Shown: positions 1-13,655 of the stretch, one piece after another
Numbering within the stretch: position 1 is the stretch's first letter
Layout: the number at the start of each line of letters is the position of its first letter
Assembly (NCBI GenBank): GCA_038087875.1
Contig: CM075990.1
Span: 10,418,001 to 10,482,000 of the forward strand
From: Malacoraja senta
Lineage: Eukaryota
Length of the DNA stretch: 64,000 nucleotides
Direction: 5' to 3'
Notes under the pieces: model-generated
What the model was told of the DNA's origin: nothing
The model's input: only the letters and a program-made list of their open reading frames with translations
Database searches by the model: none
Made by a program: the position numbers and the translations under genes

Positions 1-160
1 CACGGAGAACAGAAACAGGTCCGCTGGCCCCACCATTCCCATGCTGATTATTTACACTGTGCCACAAAGCCTCACAGTTGTAACTGGACTCCAAGTGCTA
101 AAGTAGGAAGGAGAAGCACAATAATTCGTTTTATATTCAGTGGAATACAGAGAATTAAGG

Positions 161-258
161 TAGAACACTAAAGTGCCAGAGTTACTCTGTGGGTCAGACA
201 GCAAATCAAGAGAACATGGATAGGTGATGTTTCAGGTTGGGATCCTTCTTAAGACTGA
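161..258 (-). mobile_element. Degenerate Penelope-like element (PLE) terminal fragment
   Basis: Resembles the recurrent PLE terminal motif (gagtaactcagcgggtcaggcagcatc...gtttcgggtcgagacccttcttcagact) seen many times in the window. Confidence 0.55.
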
Positions 259-2644
259 TTTCAGAAAGAGGAGGAAAACTTCTTCAAAGCAGGCATACCT
301 TGCAGAAAATTCACAATGGACCATTAAAAAGTAGACTCAGGATGCTTGAATCTTGCGTGGAACACCAAGTGCTGGAGGAGCTACTCAAGGAGGATGGGAG
401 CATCTCTGGAAGCCATGGATAGGCATCATGGATCTGCAGTTCCTCGTGTCCACAGATAATTAAGGGGTGACTTCATTAGCATTTGGAAAGAATTGATAAA
501 GTAAATAAGGAGATTTATTTTCTATTGATGGCAGGCTAGGAAATATAACATTAAAATCAGAGCTGAGCCAATAACAGGCAAAATTATGAAACGGGTTTCC
601 ATGAGAAGAGTGGTAGAAGTTGTAGTTCTCTCCAGCAAACATACTGCATGAAGCATTACCTGAAAGGGAGGTGGAGACTGAGAACTGTATCACATTTTAA
701 AAAGTGGATGAGCACTTAAAGAGCTTTTAATCTACAAGGCAGTGGGCTGAGATTAACTAAACAGATCCTTTTCTAGTGAGCACGGACATAATGGACTGAA
801 TGACCTTCTTTTGTGTTATGAATTTCCATGATTCTGCAAAGCAGCAATAGATGCTGGCCAATTAGTAACTAAATCTGAGATCAATGGCTTTCTATGGAAG
901 GTGCATAAAAGACTATGGAGAAAAGAGTTGGATGGAGTTAAGGCATTCGTAAGGGAGGTCAGGAAGTACTTTTCCACGCAAAGAATAATGAAAATCTGGA
1001 ATTCTGCATCACACACGTTTGCGGTTGCTGGAACATGTAGAGCTCCCTAAAATAAGGATGACAGCTAATGCTGTCGTATAGACTCATAGAGGCCTCTCAG
1101 ACGATCATATTGATCAAGCCTTCCGTGACTTGATATTCAAGTTTTCATGCATGTCCTTGTTAAACCTCCTCAGTGACCTGGTTCACAAGGTGGCTAAATA
1201 GAGAAAAGGTTCAGTTGATCCCACTGTAAGAAGACAGAATGAGTTTAAGACTCGTACGTTCTGCCTGAGAACCTAAATGGAATTGCATTGAAGCATTTTG
1301 TACGGCAACGGACATGGGTAAAACACACCGTTTTGTTTCACATTTGTGAGTTGGCTGCTTTTCAATTGTCAGGATCTGTCTTGCTGTGTGAATGTACCCA
1401 TGATGTATAGTAGAGCGAGAACAATAAAGGCCAAGGGCAACGGGAAGTTCTCAGTCCCGTAACTGTGCTACTGTGTAGGTGACGTGTTTACTTTAGAACG
1501 GGAGAACCTCTGCTAAAAATAATACGCAGCACGTTACTGGCAAAAAAAAAATCTCATGGGCAATGCTCCAAAACCTTTCATTTCAGAACAAGGACTATGA
1601 TTCTCGTTGACACGATCCAAATTCTGTCAGAATTCGTTGAGCAGGTGGGGAAGAGTGTCGTAGCACCAAATGACAAAAAAATACTACGTGCATCTGGGAT
1701 TAATCTTTTCTGACCTTTAACGCAAGAATGCAAGGAAGTGTCACAACTTAACATTTGTAATAGTCAATGATTGTAGCCAGGCTGCCAGTGATGCTTATAC
1801 ATGCCCTAGCATCCAGCGCGGTCAGTATGTGAGGTTATCCTGTGACACTGTGCCACCATGTCAGGGGAATAGCCCTGTTTGCTTTCTTTGCTGTGAGCAA
1901 ACCATATTAGCAATTAATTCACTCTATTTGCCAGATAGAGTCAAAGGGAAATAGATAAAGGCAACTCGACGGTTTGCATAAGAATAACATATGAACTCAG
2001 TTCTTGTGCGTGGAACCAGCAGTGTTTCTAATGAAGAGATCATCCAGCAGTCAGCATCTGGTGGTCACTTTAATACAGTGGGCCTCAGGAAATATATTTT
2101 CCGTTCACTCTCCTTTGCAGCAAAACAGGCTATCAATAACATGCAACCCTATGAGCTCATATATTGCAATCACAAGTTTCAGTAAAGCGAGAGCGTAGAT
2201 CTTGTGATTTATTTGATTTAAATTGGTCATTTGAAATTTAAGATTATGATAAATGCCCTGTGTTTCCTTCAATACAAATGGATTAAGTGTGCGCTTTTGG
2301 AAAGAAAGGAAGGACAATGTGGATAAATACTGAACGCAACTTAGAACACCAAGGGACGTGTCAGAGCTAGACCATCCATGTACTGGTTTCCTCTCCAGTT
2401 TAGCAGTACAGAGGAAGGATTCTGTATTGCTAAACTGTTGACTGTTGTTTCCTTCCGCAGATGCTGCCTGACCCACTGAGTTCCTCCAGCAGTTCGTTTT
2501 TTACTACAGGTTTCCTGGGGTACCTTTTCCCACACCTGGAAAAACATCATCATCTGTTGCCCACCCCAATTGTCCTTAAGGAGTTGGGGAGGAGCCAATT
2601 TCTTGAACTACCGCAGGGTGGCAGCGGTAGAGTTGCTGCCTTGC

Positions 2645-2765
2645 ACAGATTCACCACCATCTGACGAAATAAATTTATCTTTATCTCCTTCCTAAAAGAG
2701 CGTCCTTTAATTCTGAGGGTATGACCTCTAGCCCTAGACTCTCGCACTAGTGGAAACATCCCCTG
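2645..2765 (-). mobile_element. CR1-like LINE 3' fragment
   Basis: Minus ORF FPLVRESRARGHTLRIKGRSFRKE..QMVVNL matches the C-terminus of the CR1 ORF2 at 41536-43047. Confidence 0.75.
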
Positions 2766-3481
2766 CTCTACTGTTCTATGTTCTGTGTTCTAACTGAGAA
2801 TCAAAGGTTATTTTTGCCTTCATTGTAATGCACAAATTGCAAAAGTAAATGGAGCTGTAGTCAGCTCGGCAAAAAGATCATCAATGCACAAACCTGCTGA
2901 AGGAGTCTCCATGAAGGGAAGCAAGTCTTTTTAAGTTTGGACATTTAAGCTTCAATCCTGTCTTTACCTTTAAGTTCTGTAAAGTTTGGGTTTCGGAACA
3001 CAACGATGAGTTTTGAGGCAGGCCCCGCAGGGTGACGAAAGAGCAATGATATGTGATGAAAGATGCAGAATCCGCAGTATATTCTGGTACCCATGAGCCC
3101 AAATGACAGCCCGAAAAACACGTCCCGAACATTGGCCACATGGTGTCAATTGTGATGGAGGTTGACACAGAGTGTTTGTATAAAGTCTCTTAGCAGAATA
3201 GACTTGTCAATGTGGGAAACAAATCAAACCCGAACTACTGAGTATTTTCCATTTTATATCAGATTTCCAAGAACTGCCAGGGTTTGCTTTTCGAAGTATC
3301 TAAATGGACAGCATATAGAAAATTAACACACTGATATTGTCTGTCTATTAAATATTTCAAAATTACATTCCGATGTCAATTTACAACTATGAAATGTTTT
3401 AGGACGGAATTATATCACTTGCTATTTTAAAGAGCGCCTTATCTAATTGGGGCACTGGGGGTTGTCCATTGTCAGAATATC

Positions 3482-3775
3482 AGGGTGGCACAGTAGCATA
3501 TCTATCGAGAGGCTGCCTCACAGCTTCAGGGACCCAGCTTCAATCCTTACAACCAGTGCTGTCTATGTGGAGTTTGCACATTCTCCTGTGACCACATGGG
3601 CTTTCCGGTTTCCTCCTGCATCACTTGAGTGTGAGCGAGCGATTGACTCTGGGGAAGAGTTGATGGAAATGTGGGGAAAATATTGTGGGTAGGTGGGAGT
3701 AACGTAGTTGGGGCACCTTGGTCGGCATGGATTAGTTGGGCCGAAGGACCAGTTTCTGTACTATATGACTCTAAT
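3482..3775 (+). mobile_element. tRNA-derived SINE with CR1-like 3' tail (degenerate)
   Basis: gggtggcacagtagc head, B-box-like cttcaatcc, core gtctatgtggagtttgcacattctcc, tail gggccgaagg...ctatatgactcta. Confidence 0.7.
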
Positions 3776-4839
3776 TAAATGGGATTAGTGTCGGATTAGT
3801 TTAAATGGGTGATTGATGTTTCGTGCAAACTCTGCAGCCAAAAGACCTGTTTCTGTGCCTCCATGCCAGGTTTCATAGCTTGTTAAATATGGATTTATTT
3901 GTACATTGATGTAACTACCACACACCTGAAGCTGAGAGCTTCTCTTTTTGGCAGTGTTTGACAAAATGGAACCTACTCACTTCTCTGTTTGTCACGGTGT
4001 ATTTACACATTCTCCTGTTATCTGGGCACAATGGAATCAACTGGTTAAGTAAGTTTACAACATCAAGAGTTAGCTCTACTTTTCCTTCCAGGAAACCCAA
4101 TGACATTGTGGTAGAAGCACCAAAGAGACACCATCAGGTTTGGGTATTAGAGTGTTGCATACGTGCCATTGCACAGAAACAGAATGTTAGAAGATAAGAT
4201 ATTTGAAGCAAATGTGATTCCCCGCATTTTTTTAGACGAAGTTAGGCTGATCTAAGCACACATTGAGGAAAACATTTATACCGGGTTGATATGAAATCAG
4301 AATATTACTCTACATTTTTTAACAAAGATTACAGAGCAATGAAGGAAACTAAAGAGTGTCTGTATTTTGAGTATGTGAAATTGTACTTCATAGTTTTACT
4401 ATACATCGGACACGATCCCCAAATGTAAATGGAAATGGAAAGAAAAGAAGGAATTGATTTATAATAAGTAAGCAATAAACACTGGCGCTCATCTCTCTAA
4501 TCACAATGTGAAACACAATCAACAGCAAAGTCTCACCAAAGGGAAACTTAGCAATTGTTTCCCTATTGCAACCATCCCTTCCTGTCAGTGGAGCTGTTTA
4601 GAAGCAAGATTAAAAGCATCATAACTTAGTGGAAGTTTCCTCTGGGCACTATATATAGTGACACAAACTGCCCTTATATAAGCAGGTTTATAATTCAGTT
4701 GCACACGATATATACAAGAAACTTGCAACCCCTTCTTGTTAGGGGCACGTTACCCTCAATAACTTGCACCTATCTCTCAATCAATGGCCTGGCCTGCAGA
4801 ATGTCTTCAAGTTTTCATAAAGCCCTAGTCCTCCTACAA

Positions 4840-4945
4840 TCAGTCCAAAGAAGGGTTCCAACCCAAAACATCGCCTATCCATGTTTGCTGGGGATGCTGC
4901 CTGACCTGCTGAGTTACTGCAGCACTTTATGTTCTCCTTTTTAAC
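4840..4945 (+). mobile_element. PLE terminal fragment (degenerate)
   Basis: cagtccaaagaagggttccaacccaaaacatcgcctatcc...gatgctgcctgacctgctgagttactgcagcac. Confidence 0.65.
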
Positions 4946-5247
4946 CATATTGCCTCTCCTGCTGTCTGCTTTATTTTCAATACTTAAATCTTATTTAGTT
5001 GCATACATAGTTCCATGATTCACTAAGATCCCAGATGCTCCTTGTCTAATTTCAGCTCTCACACCGAGCAACATATAGGGGACAACGTCTATCTAACAAG
5101 ACCAACAATCTCCAAGACATTCAAGATATACCAGACAATGCAGGGAGAGCTGATTTTATATTTTTGACATTTCTGGTTGACATTTTTGATGCTTGGATTG
5201 TTTATGGAACTGGATCAGAAGCACAAGCCAATGATCAGGACCGCAGC

Positions 5248-5410
5248 TGATTTGAATTGAATTGAATTGAATACTTTATTGTCACATGTGACAAGTCACA
5301 GTGAAATTCTTTGCTTGCATACCCAAGGTATATAAATAGTAACCCATAAAGGTTTCAAAGTAGCCCCGTCCCCCTGTGTTCTCCCCCTACTCACAGCGGT
5401 CCCCCCCGAA
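5248..5410 (-). mobile_element. LINE 3' tail (Rex/Babar-type) with (ATTGA)n microsatellite end
   Basis: (attga)n followed by ctttattgtcacatgtg, the reverse complement of the catgacaataaa tail of other Rex-like copies. Confidence 0.55.
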
Positions 5411-5435
5411 ATAAAAAAATTATGATTTCTCATAA

Positions 5436-5643
5436 GATAGACACAAAAAGCTGGAGTAACTCAGCGGGACAGGCAGCATCTCTGGAGAGGAATGAGTGAC
5501 GTTTTGGGTCAACACCCTTCTTCAGACGGAAACGTCATCCATTCCTTCTCTCCAGAGATGCTGCCTGTCCCGCTGAGTTACTCCAGCTTTTTATGTCTAC
5601 CTTCGGTTTACATCAGCATCTGCAGTTCCTTTCCACACATTCC
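5436..5643. mobile_element. Fold-back (inverted dimer) PLE insertion
   Basis: Two inverted copies of the PLE terminal motif; 13-bp TSD tgatttctcataa at 5423-5435 and 5644-5656. Confidence 0.85.
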
Positions 5644-7938
5644 TGATTTCTCATAACTGTTTTGGAAATCAGGAAGCATCACCGCTATTTTCATGCAGCC
5701 ATTTGCAATGAGTGAAAAGGGTCATACTATTCAATGCGGCTAAGAGTTGCTTTGTGTGCCAAATACATGCATCCTAAAGAATGTTGTAGTATTCTGTATT
5801 CAATGTTCGATAGTTAAATTTGTCAGTTGAATGTTTGTAAATCAAGGAACGATTGGCAAATGCAATAAAATGAACAGGAATATCTCAACATTACTGGAGA
5901 TGCTTACAGCCTTGATTATTTTACTCTACAAAACCATGAAATTGAAAGTCAGATAGCCAACATGGCTGACTAATTGTCATTTCAAAAAAATATATTGGGG
6001 GTTGCAACATAGGCTTTTAGTTTCACAAATCACAAGTACTTAATGTTCTTCACATAAATGCAAACATTTGGCCTCAGATTGGCCTTCACTTATAACTATG
6101 TAATGTTATAAGTGAAAAATGTAATTTATGGACTATGTACAACATATTATCTTGAACATACAAGTCAGGCAAATGCAAAGGAACCCCACACAAATAAATG
6201 TTTTGCACTCCAATTTATATGGAAGAACTACAGAAACCCTCCAGCTTTCAAACTATACTCTGCCAAGCCAACCAATTGATTGAAAAATAACAGTCCATTA
6301 GCAAGGGTTACACTTGAACTTTTTCTAAGTTGAAACGTAGTTCCCTTTTGTATCTAAACCCACTTTGAAGTAATCCTTGTTACGCTGGAAGGCTATGTCA
6401 GTGCCACAGTGTAATATTAGACTCACACCAAGGTATATGCAATTTTCTACTGATGTGTTGATAGTTTTTCAGGAAATAGACAATAGCTCCAATTTGTAAA
6501 ACCCAATTACTGAGTTGAATTGAACATAAATTTACTCAGAATGCTCCAAGTATAAACTGCAATGAAGATAAGATTTAAATTGACCTTAATTGCAATATTG
6601 CCTCAAGTCCAGGCTTTGAGAAGCATTTACTCAATCCCCAATCACTTTTGTGAAGCAGAGCGCATTATCCTTAATAAAACAAACCCACGGCTTGGAGAAA
6701 CTCATTTCTAATCTGCAGAAGTGGGTGGATGATGCCTGGATTGTGCTTCTGTCAAACATTCCTTTCACAAGGCAGTCTTTACAATGACAAGTTTATAAAC
6801 AAAATATCATCCTCACATGTCCCATCAGACAGCTTATTCTAGTGTGCTTTTCCTGGAAATGGGATCGCCAAGTTTAAATAGCCTGCAGCAATTCATCTGA
6901 GGATTATTGTGTATTGTCAGTTCTAAATTAGTTGTTATTTGATGCATCACCAATGTTGCAATTTTAAGACAATATATTAACTTGACAAATGTGCTAAATG
7001 ATCAGACTTGGCAGATATATATTTTGTGCCAATATTTTTCCTCACAGGCTCTGGGGTTTCTTTGGTTTTGTGTTGATTTGTCAAAGTCAAAAGCATTTGA
7101 AATTACAAAAATAACTTGTATGAGAATGCAAGAAAATTCAAAGTGAGAAAATGAACATCCAGCAAGCAAGATCATTCCATCCAGTGTCCCAGTCGGGGAC
7201 TTCAATCAGAGATCTCCTTATCAAAGCATTTTCAGTTCTAAAAATAGTAGACACTTGATGAGATAATCACCACTTTGCTTGGCCAAAAGTACCACTGACA
7301 TCTGATGACTTTTCAACTAAGTTCAGTGTACGAAAATCCTGTGCTGCCTTCATGGAATTTATATTTTTCCTTTATAACTAGGTTTTCACCATGTACTCTG
7401 GTTTCCTCTCACATTCCAAGGACGTGCTAGTTGGAGGATTAATTGACTGCTGTAAATTACTCCGAGTGAAGGTGACTAGAAGGTGAATCAGGCAAAGTTG
7501 AGAGAGAATAGTTTACAGATAAATAAATTGGGGTAATAGGATTGATGTACATTAAATGCTTTGAATGCCAACATGGACTTGATGGGGTGAATGACATCTT
7601 GCTGTATCGTGAAACATATGAAATAAATAAATAAAATTCTGCTTTCCAATGTGGCCGTGCTAGATGCATCTACGTATGACTCTAACGTTGACACTTAAAT
7701 GCCCCAGCAACTCATTTCATTCAAGGCATTTAGAAAAGGGCAGTAAATATTGTTCTAGCCTGTGGCATACAAATGCTAAAAAATGAATATGTAGAAGTGC
7801 CCGAACATACAATATTAGGAAATGGATGAATGAGAAGTCATAGCTTCATTATCAACATACCAAGATCATTCATTCTGACCAAGCTTTTATCAATTGTCAA
7901 GGACATAGGAACAACAAATTTTGATTCAAAGCGATTGT

Positions 7939-8031
7939 CTGAAGAAGGGTCTCGACCCGAAACGTTGCCTATTTCCTTCGCTCCATAGATGCTGCCTCAC
8001 CCGGTGAGTTTCTCCAGCATTTTTGTCTACC
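7939..8031 (+). mobile_element. 93-bp PLE terminal fragment starting exactly at CTGAAGA
   Basis: 19-bp TSD tttgattcaaa(g/a)cgattgt at 7920-7938 and 8032-8050. Confidence 0.85.
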
Positions 8032-8331
8032 TTTGATTCAAAACGATTGTAACTTTGTACTTTGCTGATTTTGTCGATCATTGCTACTTAAGATATTGCT
8101 TCAGATCACGTCAATAGATAACCATAACATCAGTCTTAATACTGGTACCAATGGAATAACTGAGGCATCAAACATTTAGTGATTTACATATAATCTACAT
8201 AACTTATGGAACTGAGAGCTTGAAGTTGCTATCATAGCTTTTTAAACAAAACTGAATATTAAAAAAGTAAGCCCACTTGTGTCTGTGAGGCAGGGAAAAG
8301 AGAAGTCACAAAAAGTGATCTGAAACATTAA

Positions 8332-8564
8332 AGGGCCTGTCCCACTTGGGCGTTATTTGCGCGTAATTTACGCGACATCATTTACGCGTCACGACGCACG
8401 ATGTGCGCGTTGTGCCACGAATGTGATGGGCATTACGCGCGCATGGTGTGTGGTGATGTAGGCAGTGACGCGCGGTTGTGCGGCACCCCAGGATTTTGGG
8501 ATGTACAAAATCTTCGCGCGCCATCTGCGTGACGCGCAAATGACGCCCAAGTGGGACAGGCCCT
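8332..8564. mobile_element. PIF/Harbinger-type MITE (family A)
   Basis: TIRs agggcctgtcccacttgggcgt...acgcccaagtgggacaggccct, flanked by TAA; CpG-rich. Confidence 0.85.
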
Positions 8565-9984
8565 AACCATTTCTCTTTCCACAGATGCTGCCTGAACTAT
8601 AGTATGTTTCCAGCAAGTTTTTTTTTACTTCTGATTTCTGTCATTAGTAGATTTTTGATTCTCACTTGCATTGTGCTCAGATTTCAGAGTCTAGAAACTG
8701 AATCCACGTATTTATACTACAAAATTGTTTAACAAATTCTGATATTCTGGTATTCCCCATTTCATGGGGCTCTGTTTCTTATCCAAAGCGAGCTCCGCAT
8801 TTTGTTCTCTGCCAGTTGCTTATTTTATTCCGTCACTATGGTCAACACCCAAACTATAAGTGCCAGACATTCCCAATAAAATCTTTAAACCACCATGAGC
8901 AAGTTATTCTTGTTTAAATAATACAGCAGTTCACTCCAGATCCAATAGTGCACCATTCAGATTATTTTCACCAAGATACAGAGGTGATTTGCAATGGTGA
9001 TATTTTCTAACCCATAAAATGTATTTTTTTTCCTGAGATAACCAACAAAATATTCATAAATGTTACTTCTAATCCCCCAATGAAGTTTATTTTGTGTACT
9101 TTATGCAATTCTATCCCCCCCAAACAACTTTGCAATAATTTTGTTATTATATCACAGACACTAAAGGATATGACACAGCCTGTCAGTGGCTCTAAAAGTA
9201 GTAAGCATGATAAATAAAATCTGACCATCACACAATTATAAATGTTTTATGACATTTTACAATGTTTTACGTTTTTTTTCTAGTCTCTGTACAATTGGAA
9301 TTAAAACTAAAATGGCCTAAATAATGTTGTATGTTTTCTTCCACTATATCCCTGTCGCCAGCAGCAAGTTATTCCTGACAGCAACAAAATGAAGCATCCT
9401 GTTATAAATCCCATGACCACTAAAATTCTCCAAGACACCCATAAAAAATATTGTAAATAATGTGGAGACTCTAAAAATGGCATGCTGCCAACTAGCGAAC
9501 AGATCTGCAGTTCAAAACATTGTAGGTGCCTGAAACTTCCATTTAGTGAAGCTGAATGAGCAAGAGAAAGAGAAAGATACCTAGATTTTTACTGGCTGGT
9601 GTGAGAATATTCATGTGCATGTGCACATGACACATAAATACCAACAGCCAGGTCAATATGCAGGTGGCTCCATCCCAGCACGCATTTATACCACCACTTG
9701 AGCTAATATTACCTCCGCACCTTGTTTCATATTCGTTAATCAACCATAAATCAGCTGAAAATTTAGGGGTATTAAGAGTCAAGAGAATCAAGAGTGTTTA
9801 TTTGTCAGTTGCAGCTTTTCAGACACATTTGACGCAACAACAAGAATAATATACAATAAATCAACAGTTACTCTAAGTAAACTAGACTTGGATACTCAAA
9901 GTACTAAAGTTTCTATTACAATTATAGTAATGCAAATATATGAAGCAATCCCATTTTTCTCCATATGCCCGTGCAGATAGTCAG

Positions 9985-10305
9985 ATACATTAAGTACAGA
10001 AACAAGCCCTTTGGCCCACTGAATCTGTGCCAATAAACACTCTTTATATTCAACCTCAACTCGTTTTATTCTTCTATTATTTCCATGAACAGATTCTACC
10101 ATGTGCCTGCACTCAAGGGACAATTCACAATGGCCAATTAACCTACCTAATCACATGTTTAAGAACAAGGGAAGAACCATAGCACCTCTGTAAATTCACA
10201 TGGCCTCAAGGAGATCATGCAAACTCCACCCAGATGGCAAAGGAGGTCAGGATTGAGCCCAGGGTGCGTGAGGCAGCAGCTCTAATCGTTGAGCCACTGG
10301 GCCAC
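9985..10305 (-). mobile_element. tRNA-derived SINE (degenerate)
   Basis: Reverse complement of the SINE seen at 38774-39110 (acagaaacaagccctttggccc...gcaaactccac...gaggcagcagctcta). Confidence 0.65.
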
Positions 10306-12189
10306 TCTTATTAGGTTACAACAGAATTTCAAAAAGCTGAATACATTTCTCCCAAAGAAAAAGATTCTTGCAGAATAAGCTCTTCTTGAGTAAAACAATT
10401 ATATTTCCTGATTCTCCTATTGACATACATCCGGGGTCTACATTGATACAACCCCAGGAGACTATGGTGTAAAGTCTTTCAACGTTCACCCATTAATCTT
10501 CCTTGTGACAACATGCTAGTCACATTTAGAACTTCTGACTTCTTTATTTTTCTTATGATCGTAATGATTTTTCAGGTTGTTTTCACAATCAGCATAGATG
10601 AAGACCATTCACCCCATCATAATCTATGCTGACTCTCGGAGCAATTCCGTCATTCCTGTTCACTCACATGTGGGCTTGCACGGGGGGGAAATAATGTTTG
10701 ACACAAGATAACATGGGTGACAGAAGGCCATCACCTGAAACTTTAACTGCTTCTTCCTTCAGAGATACTGCCTGACCTGCTGAGCTTTTTCTATTTCTAT
10801 TCTAGGCCTATCTTCTGTGAACCCATTGGGCCTAGGTTAACTTTATGACTACAGTTCATACTGTCTTTTGAAATAGAAGGAGATCCGTCACCTCACCTAA
10901 GCTGCTGATTCTTGGAGCAGCCGTATCAGTCCAAGCCCCTGATTGTTTTGCTGTAAACTTATTTTTCTCATGCGCATGAATGGTATTGGCACTTTGGAAC
11001 TAAAATGACCAGGGAGAATGGAAATGATAATGTAATTATTTTAATGAACTGCACCAAACTTCCCATCTTTAGGATTTATAATTATACTAACTGCAAGTGG
11101 GTGATATTTTCCCGTAATAGGCAAAACGTCTTTTCATTTTTTTAAATCTGTGTTTTGATCTGTGTATTCAAAGAGGATTTTGACAAGTTGCATTAGCATC
11201 CAGTTTGGAAATAATGAGTTGAAAACCTGGACACAGTTCAATGCAACATGTTTGCTCATCTATGTCACGTATTAAATTAAAAAATATATATATGGCGTGT
11301 AGAAGTTTCATTAATAACACAAAACTTTTGGTTAAAGGTTAAAATAAATGATTGATGCCAATAATAGCTAAAAACCTAACACTGTCAAGTCCACTATGTT
11401 AAGATTAAGGGGGTTAATATAGCTATTAAAATAGCAGAGAATTCTCAAACAAATTAACTGTTTCACTCCAACACTAATTTCCAGCCTTGTGTATTTTAAG
11501 GTTCTAAAAACAGAAAGTATTTGAAATGCGCAGCAGTTTGAACAGTAATCTAAAAGAGGAAATAGCAGATTAATGCTTGGTTCGACCTTCCATCCGAAGT
11601 CATTTTGCTTTTCATTCATTCATTCCCTGCTGTGCCTTCTTGGAAGTAAAAATAGCTCATTGAAAACAATTTAATCAGCAATTCAAGTAATTCTCCTGCT
11701 TCATTTTGGGCTCAGAACATGGGTAATTGCAATACACAATTAGTTTTGTCCTTTATGTCTTGCTTTGGTTTGTCCCATAAAGAGCTAAACAGTTCCTAAA
11801 CTAGTAATCAGATCAAAGCTCTGCATTCCTGCTTAATCCAGTCGTGTAACTGAGGGCTCATTAAACAACAAGGGAATCTCTATGAATGTGTCCATTCTCC
11901 ATCCGCTCACACAATGTCAAGGATCAGCTGAATGCATTAAAAGACAAAGGTTATAGGCCTATGAACAACTGCTAATGGTGTGTGTATTTGAATCACCTCA
12001 TTTCTATTAAAACTATTCCAGTGTGATTCCAGTGTAGTTACAACACTGACCTGCATCCAAAAATGTAAATCATAATTGATTTGATATAATTAATCCATAA
12101 ACTCAGGACAAATCCAATTAGCCCTATACCACTCCAAGACAAAAAACATTGCCCCTTACTATTTACCAGTGCCATGCTCAGATTGGGTT

Positions 12190-13330
12190 CCACCAGGCCC
12201 CTTGACTTTAGATCTCATTAAATCTTTGCTCCAAACATGGACAAGGGAATTAAATTCCAGCCTCATTTGGGCAAGTGTGAGTTTAAGCGGTCCCAGTATA
12301 ACTGATCAATGGAAACAATGAAAAGTCTCTCCACTAGAGGGAGTCAGATATACCACAGAGCATGGTTATTAATGTTGAGGCCAATTGTCTCAGACCCATT
12401 GCTGCCTATGGTCCAACTGCAACCCTGCTTCATCAACGACCCTCTTTTCACTCTATCACAAGTGGATGTATTCATTAATTTTTACACAATATTCGGTTCT
12501 ACTCAGATTTCCTCAGTAACCCATGCCTGCATGCAGCAAAGGTAGACAAAAATGCTGGAGAAACTCAGCAGGTGAGGCAGCATCTATGGAGCGAAGGAAA
12601 TAGGCAATGTTTCGGGTCGAAACCCTTCTTCAGACTGATGTGAGGGTGGGGGTGGCGGGAAGAAGAAAGGAAGAGGTGGAGACAGTGGGCTGAGGGAGAG
12701 CTGAGAAGGGGAGGACAAAGTAGGGACTACCTGAAATTAGAGAAGTTAATGTTCATACCGCTGGGGTGCAAACTGCCCAAGCGAAATATGAGGTGCTGCT
12801 CCTCCAATTTACGGTGGTCCTCACTCTGGCCATGGAGGATGCCCAGGACAGAAAGGTCGGATTCGGAATGGGAGGGGGAGTTGAAGTGCTGAACTGCCCT
12901 GCATGCAGCAAGACTTGGGCAAACTTCAGGAATGGCTGATAAGTGGCAGATGACATTTGTATCACAACCATCTTTGGTTCTTTCAGTAATAACGTTCCTT
13001 CCATCAAAAATCCCAAAGGTGTTGACAGAGGCTTATGTTTGCTTAGTATTCAATTCCACAAATCATGAAACAATCTGTATGTGCCTGCAGCAAGATCTGG
13101 AGACATTTAGGCTCGGGACTACGAAGTGGTAAGTTATGTTTCCATCACACAATTTCAAGCTTCTTGCCAACAAGAATGAGATTAACCCATCTCAGTTTGG
13201 TATCCAAGGACATTACGATGGTCAAATCTGCACTTTCAAGATGCTGATATCACCACTGAACAGAAGCTTAACCTTGGCCACAAGAGTAGGTCAGAAGTTG
13301 TAAGTTCTTGGTTGCTGGCTCCCAATGAGT
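12190..13330 (+). mobile_element. Old decayed non-LTR RT fragment (CR1/L2 group), interrupted by a PLE
   Basis: Residual peptides CFIND, CMQQDL, ADKWQMTF typical of CR1-group RT C-terminal region; many frameshifts. Confidence 0.55.
12540..12897 (-). mobile_element. PLE 3' fragment (end of GIY-YIG ORF plus terminal motif)
   Basis: Homologous to 29570-29931; 14-bp TSD cctgcatgcagcaa at 12526-12539 and 12898-12911. Confidence 0.85.
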
Positions 13331-13349
13331 ATTTTAATACCTGAAGTGT

Positions 13350-13495
13350 ATTAGACCATATATATACACATAAATAAACAGATAAAGTGCAATAGGCTGT
13401 TATAGTTCAGAGTTTGTTTGATGGCGAGTTTAATAGCCTAATGGCTGTGGGGAAGTAGCTGTTCCTGAACCTGGATGTACCAGATTTCATCTCTG
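13350..13495 (-). mobile_element. Rex/Babar-type LINE 3' fragment
   Basis: Reverse complement of ~15085-15225. Confidence 0.75.
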
Positions 13496-13655
13496 GAAAG
13501 CAAACAATATTGATCACATACATCCATCACTGCCCCGGGCTCTGAACTATCAAAACATTTTAAAGTATAACTTTGTCTCTTACAGTGTATTCTTATGTAA
13601 CTGGCTGATCTTCTGACTCCTACAGCTTTTTGACTAATTATAATACACAATGTGT

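Noticed and set aside
2881..3168. Overlapping minus-strand ORFs ending near an AAG|gtaaag donor
   Set aside because: No recognisable protein in any frame
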